DNA from: Candidatus Harpocratesius repetitus
GTDB taxonomy: Archaea; Asgardarchaeota; Lokiarchaeia; Sigyniarchaeales; Promethearchaeaceae
DNA length: 32,000 bases
Reading direction: 5' to 3'
NCBI GenBank assembly: GCA_021498095.1
Contig: JAIZWK010000001.1
Location: 3,450,001 to 3,482,000 of the forward strand
The translations under genes and the position numbers were made by a program. Positions 30,243 through 32,000 of the stretch are shown here, piece by piece; the stretch's first letter is position 1, and the number at the start of each line of letters is the position of its first letter. The notes under the pieces were generated by a model. That model ran no database searches, was not told the origin of the DNA, and saw only the letters and a list, made by a program, of their open reading frames with translations.

Positions 30243-30432
30243 GATATATCACTAAGAACTTCAACGTAGGATTTAATTAAAATTTTTCTCTTTCCACACT
30301 TGATCGCAGAATCCTATAAAGTTAAGCCCGAGTTTTTATCTGCTTTAAACTTTATGCTCTAATTTTTATGAGTTATTATCAGATAATATAATAAGGGCAA
30401 TTAATCTGTTAAATTTTTAATACAATATTTTA

Positions 30433-31725
30433 TCAAAAATCAGGAGTGAAGGAATTTTCAAATTTTTTTTCAATAGTTTGAATAATTTCCAGAATAATTT
30501 TTTCTAATTGTTCACCTAATCTTATACATTCTTCCTTTTTTAAAGACAATTTACCCCATCTGTATTGTTCGAATTGATTTGTGAGTTGAATTAATTGTCC
30601 AGAGAAATGTGGCATATTTTTCAAAGATTTATGGAAAATCTTACTTAGAGAAAGATTATAATGAATTAAATAATGATAAAACAAATTAAATAAGTATTTT
30701 GGCTCTAATTGAGATGAATTCGATGTTTTGATATTACTAGATTTTCTTTTTAGAATATAACACTTTTTTTTCAAAGGAGAATATAAAAATGGTTTATCAG
30801 CACCAAGATCTAAAAAAATAAAGAATATTTCTTGATATTGAAGATAATCGTGAAATATATTTTGGAAAACAACAGTATTTTTCAGATCTTGGTGATCAAT
30901 ACCGGAGAGAACAACAAATTCAATATCGATCCAATCAAATGGGACATAAACTGTATTGATTTTATGAATAATCGATAATATCAATGAATTCTGAAATAAA
31001 TTAGCATTTTCTACCATTTCTTTTTGATGTAAAGTATTTCTTTTTAATGGAAATTGCATGAACAAATTACTTATGATTAATAATAAAGAACAGAAAAGAA
31101 AACACATTAAAGAAGGAAATTGAAGAAAATAAGATGAAAATATCGAAAAAAGGCGCAAAGTATAACCAACTATTAATAAGATTGTTAAAAAAACTGAAGA
31201 AAAAGGGATTATTCTAATTAAAAAGAATAATTTTAGAGATAGAAATTTTCTTGAATTTTGATCGAAAGGAGAAATGAAGAATACTTTTGCTAATTTCATG
31301 TCAAATTCTTTATGCTTATCTGAAATGAACTCAAAATTGAAACTTCTCCCAGTTTGAAGTTCAGATTTAGACAAGTGGAGGCGTTTCCAGAAATTAAATA
31401 CATGATTATTTATCAATAACAATAATAGTAAATTAATAGCAAAAATTGAAATAATCGATGAATTATTTAATGGGGCAAAAAGGAGAAAAGTAGAAGAAAA
31501 AACCCACCATATTAAAGAAATTAAATTATTAAAGAACGAATTTGATGAATAGGAAAAAGAATTAATCTTATATGAGTAATTATTTTTTTTACTCCATTCA
31601 AGAAAAAAAATTGGCCATTTATCTTTGTTATGCATATTTTTTTTTGAGAAATCTTGAAGTATGTGATAAATTTGTGAGAAAGAGCCATTATCTTGAATAG
31701 AATCTATTTTCTTCATCCCTAACAT
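30433..31725 (-). CDS. Multi-pass membrane protein, possibly a degenerate M28-peptidase-like fold
   Basis: Two pairs of hydrophobic segments; motif remnants SPFDQ, ENAN, SGID, FLDLG in M28 order. Confidence 0.5.
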   Translation of the reverse strand: MLGMKKIDSIQDNGSFSQIYHILQDFSKKNMHNKDKWPIFFLEWSKKNNYSYKINSFSYSSNSFFNNLISLIWWVFSSTFLLFAPLNNSSIISIFAINLLLLLLINNHVFNFWKRLHLSKSELQTGRSFNFEFISDKHKEFDMKLAKVFFISPFDQNSRKFLSLKLFFLIRIIPFSSVFLTILLIVGYTLRLFSIFSSYFLQFPSLMCFLFCSLLLIISNLFMQFPLKRNTLHQKEMVENANLFQNSLILSIIHKINTVYVPFDWIDIEFVVLSGIDHQDLKNTVVFQNIFHDYLQYQEIFFIFLDLGADKPFLYSPLKKKCYILKRKSSNIKTSNSSQLEPKYLFNLFYHYLIHYNLSLSKIFHKSLKNMPHFSGQLIQLTNQFEQYRWGKLSLKKEECIRLGEQLEKIILEIIQTIEKKFENSFTPDF

Positions 31726-31751
31726 TCATTTAGTATGGAATCTTTATAAGC

Positions 31752-32000
31752 ATGATCATGAAAACGTTATGGGGAATCGTTGGATTACCCGGAAGTGGGA
31801 AATCTCAAGCAATTTCTTTTGGTAAACAATTTGCACCAGTAATTGTTATGGGAGATGTAATTCGGGAGGAAACACTTCGAAGAGGATTGGAGATAAATCC
31901 TGAAAATTTAGGGAAAATTGCAAGAGAACTTAGAAAAAATGAAGGAAAAGCAGCAATTGCTCGTCGATGTGCGGAAAAAATCGAACAAATCCAGAGTCCG
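31752..32000 (+). CDS. P-loop nucleoside-monophosphate/dephospho-CoA kinase-like protein (COG0237 type), truncated by window edge; not in supplied ORF track
   Basis: Manual translation MIMKTLWGIVGLPGSGKS...VMGDVIREE...LRKNEG..AIA. Confidence 0.8.
   Translation, partial: MIMKTLWGIVGLPGSGKSQAISFGKQFAPVIVMGDVIREETLRRGLEINPENLGKIARELRKNEGKAAIARRCAEKIEQIQSP

Noticed and set aside
28100-30430. SRP (7S) RNA near srp19/rps8e
   Set aside because: Intergenic gaps are short and AT-rich; no long GC-rich structured region

Overview
AT-rich archaeal window that looks like an Asgard (Lokiarchaeia/Promethearchaeota-type) chromosome segment. This assignment is inferred from archaeal uS2, eS8 and SRP19 and an IPGY-TM-basic 'Loki-CTERM'-like tail. 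Left part: a truncated bactofilin-like beta-repeat gene behind a coiled-coil/RHH/winged-helix gene, a COG1373-type ATPase, and a ~1,800-aa surface protein built on 2.8 near-identical 1,038-bp repeats and split by a 1-bp deletion at 7752. Centre (11-24 kb): a methanopterin-type pterin biosynthesis neighbourhood (folE, DHPS-like, archaeoflavoprotein/Dmr-like, DUF447, mptD, RFAP synthase). It is interleaved with uncharacterised enzymes (COG1665-like nucleotidyltransferase, DUF1464, AIR-synthase-like, C45 Ntn hydrolase, alpha/beta hydrolase) in four divergent pairs, and contains a wHTH-CARF-like regulator interrupted by two in-frame TAA codons. Right part: LMW-PTP, uS2, membrane protein plus GH127, SRP19, a sugar-nucleotidyltransferase-like gene, eS8, a degenerate M28-like membrane protein and a truncated NMP/dephospho-CoA kinase-like gene. 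I saw no tRNA, rRNA, CRISPR array or transposase. All family calls come from motif recognition by eye, not from database searches.
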